Shown here: positions 1 through 12,951 of the stretch, in pieces | Numbering within the stretch: the stretch's first letter is position 1 | How the letters are laid out: the number at the start of each line of letters is the position of its first letter | Source: Haliotis rufescens | Taxonomy: Eukaryota | Reading direction: 5' to 3' | Assembly (NCBI RefSeq): GCF_023055435.1 | Contig: NW_025963868.1 | Location: forward strand, 3,100,001 to 3,164,000 | Length of the DNA: 64,000 nucleotides | Made by a program: the position numbers and the translations under genes | The notes under the pieces: model-generated | Told to the model about the DNA's origin: nothing | Seen by the model: only the letters and a program-made list of their open reading frames with translations | Database searches by the model: none

Positions 1-493
1 CCCACCGTTGGGGCCGGTGTTAGCAGAAACACCAGCACCCACACACACATCATTCCTGCCCACTTAAAGGTTTTAACAAATGACTGTGGTCCAGGCTATG
101 TCCGGACTGCAACACAATGCAAATACCCAAGTCCTGCTAACTCGCAGACTGAGGGGTTTTAGCAAAAGACTGTGGTGTATGCTATACCATGACAGCTGTA
201 TCAGTTTCCTTCCTCACAAGCTCAAGAGTAATGTATGGCAATGGATTGCTCTAAATGATTCATTCAGGGAGCCTTAAATCAGCTGTTTGGCGACAACATT
301 GTCGTATGTTTTGTTTGAACAAAATCAAGGTTGACGCAGAGAAAAAGAATTTAAAAATGTGTCGTTTTACCTTTGGCCTTTAAATTCTCTCAAAATGTAG
401 TAATATATCTACAGATGTAAAGACAACTTTTTCAAGGCTGATGTTGGATTAAGAATGTTGTCATTTTGTTCATTAAACACACAAAAATACAGA

Positions 494-522
494 AATCAAT
501 CAATCAATCAATCAATCAATCA
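494..522. repeat. (AATC)n microsatellite
   Basis: About 7 AATC units read directly. Confidence 0.9.
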
Positions 523-579
523 ACGTGGACTCCACCAAAGACATGCATCATTTCGGGCTTTCCCTCCATAGCAATATTA

Positions 580-2091
580 TACTGAACAACAAAAGTTCCT
601 ATGCCATAAAATTTAATGCAAAGTTATGTTTTTTTACCAAATCTCAAGCAATATCTGTTTGCAACAGATAAAAGACTCATGTAAGTGTTCAAATGGTTGC
701 ATTTGCCATACTAACTTCAGAAAATGTGTGATTTCATAAAATAAAAAACACAACATGAACATGCCAAAATGTCAATTCACAAATCAATAGCGTGTTTGTC
801 CACCTCTGGTTGCGATGCAAACAACACATTTTCGTCTCATGGAATGGACCAGGCGTCGCACAAAGTCTTGTGGGATATCTGTCCATATCTGCTGGAGCAT
901 GTTTCGAAGTTCCTGGAGTGTCTGTGGAACACGTGGTTGACGTCAAAGGCGCCGATCCATCTCATCCCACATGTGCTCGATTGGTGAGAGATCAGGGGAG
1001 CGAGCCAGCCAGGGGATGACATTCACGTTGTTTTGTTGAAGAGAATCCTGAACAAGTCGAGCAACATGAGGCCGGGCGTTGTCATGTTGAAAGGTAATGC
1101 CTGGGCCATGACGACGCAAAAACGGTAGAACAACGTGGCCGATTATCTCGTCGCGGTAGCGCTGTCCATTGAGATTTTCCTCTACCACTATCAAACGGGT
1201 CCTCTGTCTTGCTGTAATCCCACCCCCATACCATAACGCTGCCATCCCCGAACCGATCTTCTTCCATGACACAATGATTTACTTAACGTTCACCTCGACG
1301 TCGGTACACTCGAATCCGTCCATCGCTGTGGCTGAGGTGAAAACGGGACTCGACAGTGAATAGAGCCTGTCCCCACTGCATGGCCGTCCAGCGTAGACGC
1401 TGTCTGCACCACTGTAGACGTGTTTGACGGTGGTTTCCTGTCAAAATTGGACGCCTGGCGGGTCTTCTGGCGACAATCCCTGCACATCTCAGGCGGCGAC
1501 GTACGGTTTGTGAAGGATTCGTCGAAGGCCAGGGATGCTTCTTGCAGTCACTGTTGCTGGCTGGAATCGATTTCGTAGGTGTGTTGTTCGAATCCAGTTG
1601 TCTTGTCGATTATTGGTTACGCGTGGCCTGCCCCTTCGAGGATGGTCTGTGACCGCATTCGTCTGTTGCCAACGTTGCCATAAACACCAAATGGTGTTTC
1701 TGTGGACGTTAAATTGTCTTGCAACATCACGCAACATCCTGCTTCAAGCATACAAATGGCTCGCAGACGCTCATTTTCGGACAGACGTGGCATTTCGTAA
1801 TGTTGAATAATTGCGTAATGTTGTTGTTTTTCTGAATGGTTGTTGTCAGCACGATGCTAAACAATGCGTATGGAATCCCGTTAACGCACATGTTTTTATG
1901 CCCATTCTTGGGTAGTGAAATGCATGGGTGTTGCATAAAAGTCAACTTTGGCATGGAATGCATGCTTTTCTGTAGCAGTTGCGTTTTTGTGACTTGATTA
2001 CATACATGTACTACAATATTGAAAACCAAACTTTACCTGTTTGAAAAATACACTAAAATATTGGTGTCACAGGAACTTTTGTTGTTGAGTA
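580..2091 (-). mobile_element. Tc1/mariner-family DNA transposon, full length but defective
   Basis: Terminal inverted repeats TACTGAACAACAAAAGTTCCT (580-600) and AGGAACTTTTGTTGTTGAGTA (2071-2091), flanked by TA at 578-579 and 2092-2093. Contains Tc1 transposase fragments. Confidence 0.93.
784..1793 (-). pseudogene. Tc1-like DD34E transposase, frameshifted
   Basis: Starts MPRLSENERLRAICML (ATG 1793). HTH region VARQFNVHRNTI..RGRPRVT, then FQHDNARPH and WLARSPDLSPIEHMWDEM, ending GGQTRY*. Split over several frames; the first catalytic motif reads VLFTVESRF. Confidence 0.9.
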
Positions 2092-2348
2092 TAGTTAGAA
2101 CACGTTGTGATATAACTGAGATATTGCTCAAAGCTCCCAACCCAACTCACTGTTGGAATGTTGCCTGGCTTCTATTTCAACACAATTTAATTATTAAAAC
2201 ACACGGAGGTTGTTACCTTTCTCACACGGAGGACGATCTATTCCGTTTTTTGACCACTTTGGCTTTTAAGACTATTTTGAAATTTCGAAGGCGCACCACC
2301 TCGCGAAAACATTATGACCAGATTATAAATAATCTCTTATTCGAAATT

Positions 2349-3755
2349 TGTTTGTCATAACTACATTGTATTTGAGGTAGCGGTAGGGTATCCATGAGAC
2401 ATCGTTACGTGGACAATATGTTTGTCATAACTGCATTGTACTTGAGGTAGCGGTAGGGTATCTATGAGACATCGTTACGTAGACAATATGTTTGTCATAA
2501 CTACATTGTACTTGAGGTAGCGGTAGGGTATCTATGAGAAATCATTACGTAGACAATATGTTTGTCATAACTGCATTGTACTTGAGGTAGCGGTAGGGTA
2601 TCCATGAGACATCGTTACGTGGACAATATGTTTGTCATAACTACATTGTACTTGAGGTAGCGGTAGGGTATCCATGAAACATCGTTACGTAGACAATATG
2701 TTTGTCATAACTACATTGTACTTGAGGTAGCGGTAGGGTATCTATGAGACATCGTTACGTGGACAATATGTTTGTCATAACTACATTGTATTTGAGGTAG
2801 CGGTATGGTATCTATGAGACATCGTTACGTAGACAATATGTTTGTCGTAACTACATTGTACTTGAGGTAGCGGTATGGTATCCATGAGACATCGTTACGT
2901 AGTCAATATGTTTGTCATAACTGCATTGTACTTGAGGTAGCGGTAGGGTATCTATGAGACATCGTTACGTAGACAATATGTTTGTCATAACTACATTGTA
3001 CTTGAGGTAGCGGTAGGGTATCTATGAGACATCGTTACGTAGACAATATGTTTGTCATAACTACATTGTATTTGAGGTAGCGGTAGGGTATCTATGAGAC
3101 ATCGTTACGTAGACAATATGTTTGTCATAACTACATTGTATTTGAGGTAGCGGTAGGGTATCCATGAAACATCGTTACGTAGACAATATGTTTGTCATAA
3201 CTACATTGTACTTGAGGTAGCGGTAGGGTATCTATGAGACATCGTTACGTGGACAATATGTTTGTCATAACTACATTGTACTTGAGGTAGCGGTAGGGTA
3301 TCTATGAGACATCGTTACGTAGACAATATGTTTGTCATAACTACATTGTACTTGAGGTAGCGGTAGGGTATCTATGAGACATCGTTACGTAGACAATATG
3401 TTTGTCATAACTACATTGTATTTGAGGTAGCGGTAGGGTATCTATGAGACATCGTTACGTAGACAATATGTTTGTCATAACTACATTGTATTTGAGGTAG
3501 CGGTAGGGTATCCATGAAACATCGTTACGTAGACAATATGTTTGTCATAACTACATTGTACTTGAGGTAGCGGTAGGGTATCTATGAGACATCGTTACGT
3601 GGACAATATGTTTGTCATAACTACATTGTACTTGAGGTAGCGGTAGGGTATCTATGAGACATCGTTACGTGGACAATATGTTTGTCATAACTACATTGTA
3701 CTTGAGGTAGCGGTAGGGTATCCATAACACATTGTTACGTAGACAATATGTTTGC
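2349..3755. repeat. 70-bp tandem repeat, about 20 copies
   Basis: Unit ATGTTTGTCATAACTACATTGTACTTGAGGTAGCGGTAGGGTATCTATGAGACATCGTTACGTAGACAAT, highly homogeneous. Confidence 0.95.
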
Positions 3756-4018
3756 ATTTGTACATAAAATCGAGGGAAATGTTTTTCTTGTGTACAAAAA
3801 TGCAAATTGGTGAATAGTCTTTTTTTAGAAATACCCCCGATATGAGGATTTCTTATTTCTGTCCAGCTATCTTGTGTGTGAATAAGCATTGTGTCTAGTT
3901 ATTATAGTTTAGTATATAAGTGAGTATTATTCACTTGGTTATGCGTTGAAATTGTGTTGAGGTGTTTAGGAGAACATATGTCCATATTGTTCTCAGTCTG
4001 GTTTGTTTTTTACTGGAT

Positions 4019-4322
4019 GTCATACCAAAAGACGTTAAAAGATGGCACTTCTTGGTACTCTGCCTGGCGCTCGGCATTAAGGGGCTAAAACAAGGACTGG
4101 TCGGCTCAGAGTCGGTATACTGTGTATGAGGGGTCTTCATGTTAAACTGCGGCATGGTATCTCAGTGAGGTAACACAATACCATCGTCATTAGTCCAGAC
4201 ACGCACGCACGCACGCACGCACGTACGCACGCACGCACGCACGCACGCACGCACGTGTATGCACGTCGCTATATAAATGCAATAATCTTGGACGTGACGT
4301 TAAAACTCCATTTCACCTCACA
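4019..4322 (+). mobile_element. SINE family A, 5'-truncated, with an internal (GCAC)n tract
   Basis: Matches the body and 3' end of the 9196-9552 element (GTCATACCAAAAGACG...CATTTCACCTCAC). Confidence 0.8.
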
Positions 4323-4845
4323 TCTTTTCGGGAGGGTGTGAGTTCAGTGGGAACTTGATGCTTGACAATGCATACAAGGATGTATTATCTCAGTAACATT
4401 AACGATTTTTAAGACATAGAACAAGAAAGCTAGGTGGCATTATCCTATTTGAAGTCATGAATAGTTGACATCGTTTACATAGCTATTGTATGGAAATGTA
4501 TCGGTGTATCAATTTCAGGGATCTTTTATTTCAGATTCCATTGGTATAAGAAGGCTTTACAAACTGCATCATTTCTATACATGACTAGGGTAGGGTCAAG
4601 GTTATCATCAGGAATCGAGTTCTTCACATATTTGTTCAGGCGTATTTAAGTTTCAGAAACAATACGTCAGCCTTTAGTGAGATACATGTACATCATGACG
4701 GATAGATTCCCGGCACAGTGATGCCCTAACAAAAGTCCTATTAATTCCGCAAATTTCTTATACAAACATGGACATATTTGACATGATCATATTTTGTATT
4801 TTGTAGATATCTATATGAAATTAATACTTATATTTCAAAGATATT

Positions 4846-5068
4846 TGGGGGCGGTGGGGTAGCTTAATAGTTAAAGCGTACAATGTGTGAAGCCCATTTC
4901 TGGTGTCCCCCGCCGTGATATTGCTTAAATATTGCTAAATGTGCCATAAAACCATACTCGCTCGCTCGCTCGCTCGTTCACTCACTCACTCACTCACTCA
5001 CTCACTCACTCACTCACTCACTCACTCACTCACTCACTCACTCACTCACTCACTCACTCACTCACTCA
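4846..5068 (+). mobile_element. SINE family B, internally deleted, with an expanded (CACT)n tail
   Basis: Matches 13187-13355; long (ACTC)n tail at 4957-5068. Confidence 0.8.
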
Positions 5069-5910
5069 CGGATATTTCATTGCTTAACTTGAAGTGACAT
5101 TAGCCACGAGTTGTTTACGGAAGTGGAAATGACAGAATCCGAACCGGAAGCTGGTATATTTGATCAGGGACTATTAGGTAGGAAGGTATCAATTTCTGAG
5201 GCAGCCCAAAAAAACCAGAAGTATTAACGTCTTAATGATGACAATTGAACTGAAACCATGAATTAGTTTTTTTGTTCTTTTTTTTATATCCAAAATTGAA
5301 ACCGTGCAAAAGGGACAGTCATGTGTGTCAACCAGTCAGGTATATATACCAGTCTTTGGTAGGCATTTAGAAGTTGGAAGAACATGAATACAAGACACTT
5401 TTTATGAATAACATTTATATTATTCTTTGTCATGACATTTCAGAGCGATTTCTTGCTCCTTCATCAAGTTAAATACCTCGCATCACTGCTATATGTTCTG
5501 CTTGGGTTTATTTCATTTATTTATTTATCTATTTATTTATTCATGTTTAAGCCAACACGACGTGATATCATGTTTCCTTAGGAAATTGAATGTCACGGAA
5601 ATAAAAGATGACAGCAACCAGGAAAATGCTCAGGTTTTTGTGGATATTCAGTTTCATAAAATTTCTTTTGATACGCAGTCGGGTAGAAACCACGTTGATT
5701 TCATTATCATGACTCAAAACCTCAACATTTGATACTGACAGTCCAATACCTAAACTGTCATCAACGGAATGTACGGGACTTGCCCTCGGTTTCGTCACGT
5801 GCAAGACCATTGAACAGGTTACATATGTTACTTATATTAATCTTTTGAAAGAGGACATACACAGATGGGATGTCGTTATTACAAGTTATATGCCAGCACT
5901 TGATTACATT

Positions 5911-5988
5911 TGTGATACACAACAATGTGATACACAACAATGTGATACAAAACAATGTGATACACAACAATGTGATACACAACAATGG
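5911..5988. repeat. 15-bp minisatellite, about 5 copies
   Basis: TGTGATACACAACAA repeated. Confidence 0.85.
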
Positions 5989-6071
5989 GTATGTGACGAC
6001 TAAACTCTGGGGACACGTTTTTAGAGCGTATGAGCTTGAAAGACGGTAGTAACAAGGACCTACAGTAAACT

Positions 6072-8548
6072 ACATGGTTCTACAGTAGCTGCGTTATATA
6101 CCTGTAATGCATGGTTCTACAGTAACTGCGTTATATACCTGTAATGCATGGTTCTACAGTAACTGCGTTATATACCTGTAATGCATGGTTCTACAGTAGC
6201 TGCGTTATATACCTGCAATGCATGGTTCTACAGTAACTGCGTTATATACCTGTAATGCATGGTTCTACAGTAGCTGCGTTATATACCTGTAATGCATGGT
6301 TCTACAGTAGCTGCGTTATATACATGTAATGCATGGTTCTACAGTGATTGCGTTATATACATGTAATGCATGGTTCTACAGTAGCTGCGTTATTTAACTG
6401 TAGTACATGGTTCTACAGTAACTGCGTTATATACCTGTAATGTATGGTTCTACAGTAGCTGCGTTATATACCTGTAATGCATGGTTCTACAGTAGCTGCG
6501 TTATATACCTGTAATGCATGGTTCTACAGTAGCTGCGTTATTTAACTGTAATGCATGGTTCTACAGTGATTGCGTTATATACCTGTAATGCATGGTTCTA
6601 CAGTAGCTGCGTTATTTAACTGTAGTACATGGTTCTACAGTAACTGCGTTATATACCTGTAATGCATGGTTCTACAGTAGCTGCGTTATATACATGTAAT
6701 GCATGGTTCTACAGTAGCTGCGTTATATACATGTAATGCATGGTTCTACAGTAGCTGCGTTATATACCTGTAATGCATGGTTGTACAGTAGCTGCGTTAT
6801 TTAACTGTAATGCATGGTTCTACAGTAGCTGCGTTATATACATGTAATGCATGGTTCTACAGTAGCTGCGTTATATACCTGTAATGCATGGTTCTACAGT
6901 AGCTGCGTTATATACATGTAATGCATGGTTCTACAGTAGCTGCGTTATTTAACTGTAGTGCATGGTTCTACAGTAACTGCGTTATATACCTGTAATGCAT
7001 GGTTCTACAGTAGCTGCGTTATTTAACTGTAGTACATGGTTCTACAGTAACTGCGTTATATACCTGTAATGCATGGTTCTACAGTAACTGCGTTATATAC
7101 CTGTAATGCATGGTTCTACAGTAGCTGCGTTATATACCTGTAATGCATGGTTCTACAGTAGCTGCGTTATATACCTGTAATGCATGGTTCTACAGTAGCT
7201 GCGTTATATACCTGTAATGCATGGTTGTACAGTAGCTGCGTTATTTAACTGTAATGCATGGTTCTACAGTAGCTGCGTTGTATACCTGTAATGCATGGTT
7301 CTACAGTAACTGCGTTATATACCTGTAATGCATGGTTCTACAGTAACTGCGTTATATACCTGTAATGCATGGTTCTACAGTAGCTGCGTTATATACATGT
7401 AATGCATGGTTCTACAGTAGCTGCGTTATATACCTGTAATGCATGGTTCTGCAGTAGCTGCGTTATATACCTGTAATGCATGGTTCTACAGTAGCTGCGT
7501 TATATACCTGTAATGCATGGTTCTACAGTAGCTGCGTTATATACCTGTAATGCATGGTTCTACAGTGATTGCGTTATATACCTGTAATGCATGGTTGTAC
7601 AGTAGCTGCGTTATTTAACTGTAGTGCATGGTTCTACAGTAACTGCGTTATATACCTGTAATGCATGGTTCTACAGTAGCTGCGTTATATACCTGTAATG
7701 CATGGTTCTACAGTAGCTGCGTTATATACCTGTAATGCATGGTTGTACAGTAGCTGCGTTATTTAACTGTAATGCATGGTTCTACAGTGATTGCGTTATA
7801 TACCTGTAATGCATGGTTCTACAGTAGCTGCGCTATATACCTGTAATGCATGGTTCTACAGTACCTGCGTTATATACGTGTAATGCATGGTTCTACAGTG
7901 GCTGCGTTATAGACCTGCAATGCATGGTTCTACAGTAACTGCTTTATATACCTGTAATGCATGGTTCTACAGTAGCTGCGTTATATACCTGTAATGCATG
8001 GTTCTACAGTAGCTGCGTTATATACATGTAATGCATGGTTCTACAGTAGCTGCGTTATATACCTGTAATGCATGGTTCTACAGTAGCTGCGTTATATACC
8101 TGTAATGCATGGTTCTACAGTAGCTGCGTTATATACATGTAATGCATGGTTCTACAGTGATTGCGTTATATACCTGTAATGCATGGTTCTACAGTAGCTG
8201 CGTTATTTAACTGTAGTACATGGTTCTACAGTAACTGCGTTATAAACCTGTAATGCATGGTTCTACAGTAACTGCGTTATATACCTGTAATGCATGGTTC
8301 TACAGTAGCTGCGTTATATACCTGTAATGCATGGTTCTACAGTAACTGCGTTATATACCTGTAATGCATGGTTCTACAGTAGCTGCGTTATATACCTGTA
8401 ATGCATGGTTCTACAGTAGCTGCGTTATATACCTGTAATGCATGGTTCTACAGTAGCTGCGTTATATACCTGCAATGCATGGTTCTACAGTAGCTGCGTT
8501 ATATACCTGCAATGCATGGTTCTACAGTAGCTGCGTTATATACCTGTA
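6072..8548. repeat. 37-bp satellite array, block 1 (about 67 copies)
   Basis: Unit ATGCATGGTTCTACAGTAGCTGCGTTATATACCTGTA with recurrent variants (TATTTAACTG, GTGATTGCG). Confidence 0.96.
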
Positions 8549-8559
8549 ACAAGGAACAA

Positions 8560-8735
8560 CAATAAACTACGATTATAACGAACCCAAAGGGACCACTTAT
8601 TTTAATTCGATATAACCGTAGTTCGTTATAACCATGTATATAGGATATATACAGCAAATGCCTTTGACGAAAGAACAGTACGTTATATCCGTCAGTTCGT
8701 CATAAGCGTGTTCGTTTTTAACGTAGTTGTACCTG
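8560..8735. mobile_element. Degenerate MITE, mariner/Tc1-like
   Basis: Imperfect inverted ends AAACTACGATTATAACGAAC ... GTTCGTTTTTAACGTAGTT and internal TTCGTTATA(T/A)CC sub-repeats. Confidence 0.55.
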
Positions 8736-9195
8736 CTACATTTGCTAAAATGGAAAGAGCAGATCTATTGCCATTGCTCATATGATATAACTGAAAGAGT
8801 AATTTGTTTTTGTGACTCAATGTTGTTTGTTCAGGTGAACACTTGACTTACCTTTTCATGTGTTTGTGATGGGCGTCATCTGCGAGGCAGGCTACTCTCG
8901 CCTTTTAGCGAACACCTGGTATTATCACTACTTGATGGTAAATAATAAACTATACTTTTCCTACGATTGTGGGTTTTATTGTTTTTAACAACTCTTCGGA
9001 GATTCATTGTGTGCTATAAATGATTGGGTTTCAGCGGGGCTAGTAACTTGTAAATCATGCGTGGTTCTACAGCAGCTGGGCCACACAATGTAATGTCTGG
9101 TACATGGTTCTACAATAACTGCGTTATATCCCTGTAATGCATGGTTCTACAGTGATTGCTTTATATACCTATAATGCATGGTTCTACAGTGATTA

Positions 9196-9552
9196 GACCG
9201 CCTCCGTGGTCTAGTGGTAGAGCGTCCGCCCGGAGAGCGGAAGGTCAGGGGTTCGATCCCCGGCCGCGTCATACCAAAAGACGTCAAAAGATGGTACTTG
9301 TTGTTACCCTGGCTGGCGCTCGGCATTAAGGGGCTAAAACAAGGACCGGTCGGCTCGGAGTCAGAATACTGTGTCTGAGTAGGGTATTCTTGTTAAACTA
9401 CGGCATGGTATCTCAGTGAGGTAGCACTATAAATCGTCATCAGTCCGGACTAGTACAAGCAGCCACACAAACACACACACGTACATGCACGTCGCTACAT
9501 ATATGCAATAATCTTGGACGCGACGTTAAACCCCATTTCACCCCACCTCACC
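9196..9552 (+). mobile_element. tRNA-derived SINE family A, full length, inserted in the 37-bp satellite
   Basis: A-box TGGTCTAGTGG and B-box GGTTCGATCCC in a tRNA-like head, shared body, CCTCAC-type tail. Several other copies in the window. Confidence 0.9.
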
Positions 9553-11045
9553 TCTACAGTAACTGCGTTATAAACCTGTAATGCATGGTTCTACAGTGAT
9601 TGCGTTATATACCTGTAATGCATGGTTCTACAGTAGCTGCGTTATATACCTGTAATGCATGGTTCTACAGTGATTGCGTTATATACCTGTAATGCATGGT
9701 TCTACAGTAGCTGCGTTATATACCTGTAATGCATGGTTCTACAGTAACTGCGTTATATACCTGCAATGCATGGTTCTACAGTAGCTGCGTTATATACATG
9801 TAATGCATGGTTCTACAGTAGCTGCGTTATTTAACTGTAATGCATGGTTCTACAGTAACTGCGTCATATACCTGTAATGCATGGTTCTACAGTAGCTGCG
9901 TTATATACCTGTAATGCATGGTTCTACAGTGATTGCGTTATATACCTGTAATGCATGGTTCTACAGTAGCTGCGTTATATACCTGTAATGCATCGTTGTA
10001 CAGTAGCTGCGTTATATACCTGTAATGCATGGTTCTACAGTAACTGCGTTATATACCTGTAATGCATGGTTCTACAGTAGCTGCGTTATTTAACTGTAAT
10101 GCATGGTTCTACAGTAACTGCGTTATATACCTGTAATGCATGGTTCTACAGTGATTGCGTTATATACCTGTAATGCATGGTTCTACAGTAACTGCGTTAT
10201 ATACCTGTAATGCATGGTTCTACAGTAGCTGCGTTATTTAACTGTAATGCATGGTTCTACAGTAACTGCGTTATATACCTGTAATGCATGGTTCTACAGT
10301 AGCTGCGTTATATACCTGTAATGCATGGTTCTACAGTAGCTGCGTTATATACCTGTAATGCATGGTTCTACATTAGCTGCGTTATATACCTGTAATGCAT
10401 GGTTCTACAGTAACTGCGTTATATACCTGTAATGCATGGTTCTACAGTAACTGCGTTATATACCTGTAATGCATGGTTCTACAGTAACTGCGTTATATAC
10501 CTGTAATGCATGGTTCTACAGTAGCTGCGTTATTTAACTGTAATGCATGGTTCTACAGTAACTGCGTTATATACCTGTAATGCATGGTTCTACAGTAACT
10601 GCGTTATATACCTGTAATGCATGGTTCTACAGTAGCTGCGTTATATACCTGTAATGCATGGTTCTACAGTAGCTGCGTTATATACCTGTAATGCATGGTT
10701 CTACAGTAGCTGCGTTATATACCTGTAATGCATGGTTCTACAGTAACTGCGTTATATACCTGTAATGCATGGTTCTACAGTAGCTGCGTTATTTAACTGT
10801 AGTGCATGGTTCTACAGTAACTGCGTTATTTAACTGTAATGCATGGTTCTACAGTAGCTGCGTTATATACCTGCAATGCATGGTTCTACAGTAGCTGCGT
10901 TACATACCTGTAATGCATGGTTCTACAGTAACTGCGTTATATACCTGTAATGCATGGTTCTACAGTAACTGCGTTATATACCTGTAATGCATGGTTCTAC
11001 AGTAGCTGCGTTATATACCTGTAATGCATGGTTCTACAGTAGCTG
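9553..11045. repeat. 37-bp satellite array, block 2 (about 40 copies; a few more units at 9100-9195)
   Basis: Same unit as 6072-8548. Confidence 0.96.
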
Positions 11046-12156
11046 GGCTACACCCATGTAATGTCTGGTGCACGGTTCTACACTGAGTTCTCACGTAATT
11101 AAGCTTAGTGGATTTCTCGTTGGTTCCTTATTCAAGTTAAGGCAACGTAGCTTTACACTGAACGGAACAGCAAATAATGTGCCTACAGTTCACCAATACT
11201 CTCACCTCGCCCAGGTATTCAGAGGACATTTTCTTATGTTATGTTATCTTACGTCGCCCTCATATTATATTGTCAGCTGCATTAAATACACTATTAATTA
11301 ATGATCCAGGGCACTGAACAAGAAAACAATTCTTTTCCTTAATATCGATTTAATCACACCATCACATGATAAACACGAAAGAAGTGCGACATGGACCAAT
11401 CAGTGTGACTTGAACTTGAAAGTTGTGTAGAAACATAAACTATACGACAACGCTATTCAAATCGATTTGGCAGTTTGAATGCCAAGTTTAACGTGCTGTG
11501 ACGTCAAGAACTGGTCAAATGAAAATTTGTTTGTTGTTGAACGCAATATTCCAGCTGTATGACGTTGGTCTTTAAATAATACATTGAAAGCGTGTACAGT
11601 CAGTGATAGCATATAAAGTGTTATAAGAATTCATACTAGTTATATTGCAGTTTGGGATTGTTCTTTAAGCAGGGATAACAGAGCACTTTAGATTTAGTGT
11701 GTTTTGAAAAATACTGAAGTGACATTTTAAAATAAATTTGCATCCGATATTGATCGGATCAGGAAAAGAAAACATTTCAAGGCGACGAGGAAATGAGAAG
11801 AGGAAATGAGAGATGACACAGATTTTATTAAGTTTGAAAACCCTATTTCCCTCATTTTTCCGTGTAACGAGGAGACACATTTGCATTATATGACGATATC
11901 ACTGTGGTATGAATCATTTAACATTAAAAATCAACAGATTATTAGGTAAAATAGTTTAAATTTTAACACTTTAACATTTTAACACCCTAAAATTGCACAG
12001 TGAAAGAGAACATGGTTGGTATAATCACCGATAAGACAAGGAACAAAAGATTACTCTATTTACAGATATGGCAACGTATACTATGGTTGTCTGACTGACA
12101 GAGACAGCGATTATAAAAAATGAAACACGATTATTTACTCTTATAATCATAATCTT

Positions 12157-12159
12157 GTG

Positions 12160-12191
<32 letters not shown>

Positions 12192-12242
12192 TGCGTGTGT
12201 GTGTGTGTGTGTGTGTTTATATGTGTGTGCGTATGTGTGTGT
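12157..12242. repeat. Compound (GT)n/(GTGC)n microsatellite
   Basis: Read directly. Confidence 0.9.
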
Positions 12243-12621
12243 TAGCGAGTGTGCCTGTGTCTATATTTATTAATTAATTATTAATTCTATTAATCTTATT
12301 AATCTTACGTACAAATATATAATATAAGATACTAATATATAATATAATATAATATACATATACATATTATATACACATAAAGGAGTTTTGACAAGCACGA
12401 ATACCTGGATTCTGGTTTTTTTATATTTTAAACTTATACACCTGATGAGTGAGTGAGTGAGTGAGTATGGTTTTACGCCGCTTTTAGCAATATTCCAGCA
12501 ATATCACGGCGGGGGACACCAGTAATGGGCTTCACACATTGTACTAGGCTACCCGACTGCCCACACCTGATGAAATCACTTGTTTATATATTATATATAC
12601 ATACATATACACATGTGTGTG

Positions 12622-12806
12622 NNNNNNNNNNNNNNNNNNNNNNNNNNNNNNNNNNNNNNNNNNNNNNNNNNNNNNNNNNNNNNNNNNNNNNNNNNNNNNN
12701 NNNNNNNNNNNNNNNNNNNNNNNNNNNNNNNNNNNNNNNNNNNNNNNNNNNNNNNNNNNNNNNNNNNNNNNNNNNNNNNNNNNNNNNNNNNNNNNNNNNN
12801 NNNNNN
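12622..12806. other. Assembly gap (N run)
   Basis: Run of N. Other gaps lie at 35635-35823 and 45863-45990. Confidence 1.
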
Positions 12807-12951
12807 GGTTAGAAGTCATCGATCCACTGCATCTATCTCACGTCAGCCTGCATCTGCTCCTGTTGTTGTACAGTGAAGGATACAGAGACGCGTAGATGTG
12901 GAAGCGTTACTCTGACTGAAGATCCTTGTAGTCTCGCAGTAAGCCCTAGAG

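Noticed and set aside
5100-5810. Two CGGAAG (ETS-like) motifs and short ORFs suggesting another gene
   Set aside because: No recognisable protein or consistent exon chain; the motifs alone are too weak.
9196-9270. tRNA genes (also at 13187, 35478, 37085, 52005)
   Set aside because: These are tRNA-like heads fused to SINE bodies with tails and TSDs, not free-standing tRNAs.
2349-11045. CRISPR-like appearance of the 37-bp and 70-bp arrays
   Set aside because: Units are head-to-tail with no unique spacers, there are no cas genes, and the context is eukaryotic.
12525-12895. ORFs containing X runs (also 35619-35862, 45660-46131)
   Set aside because: They exist only because they cross assembly gaps.
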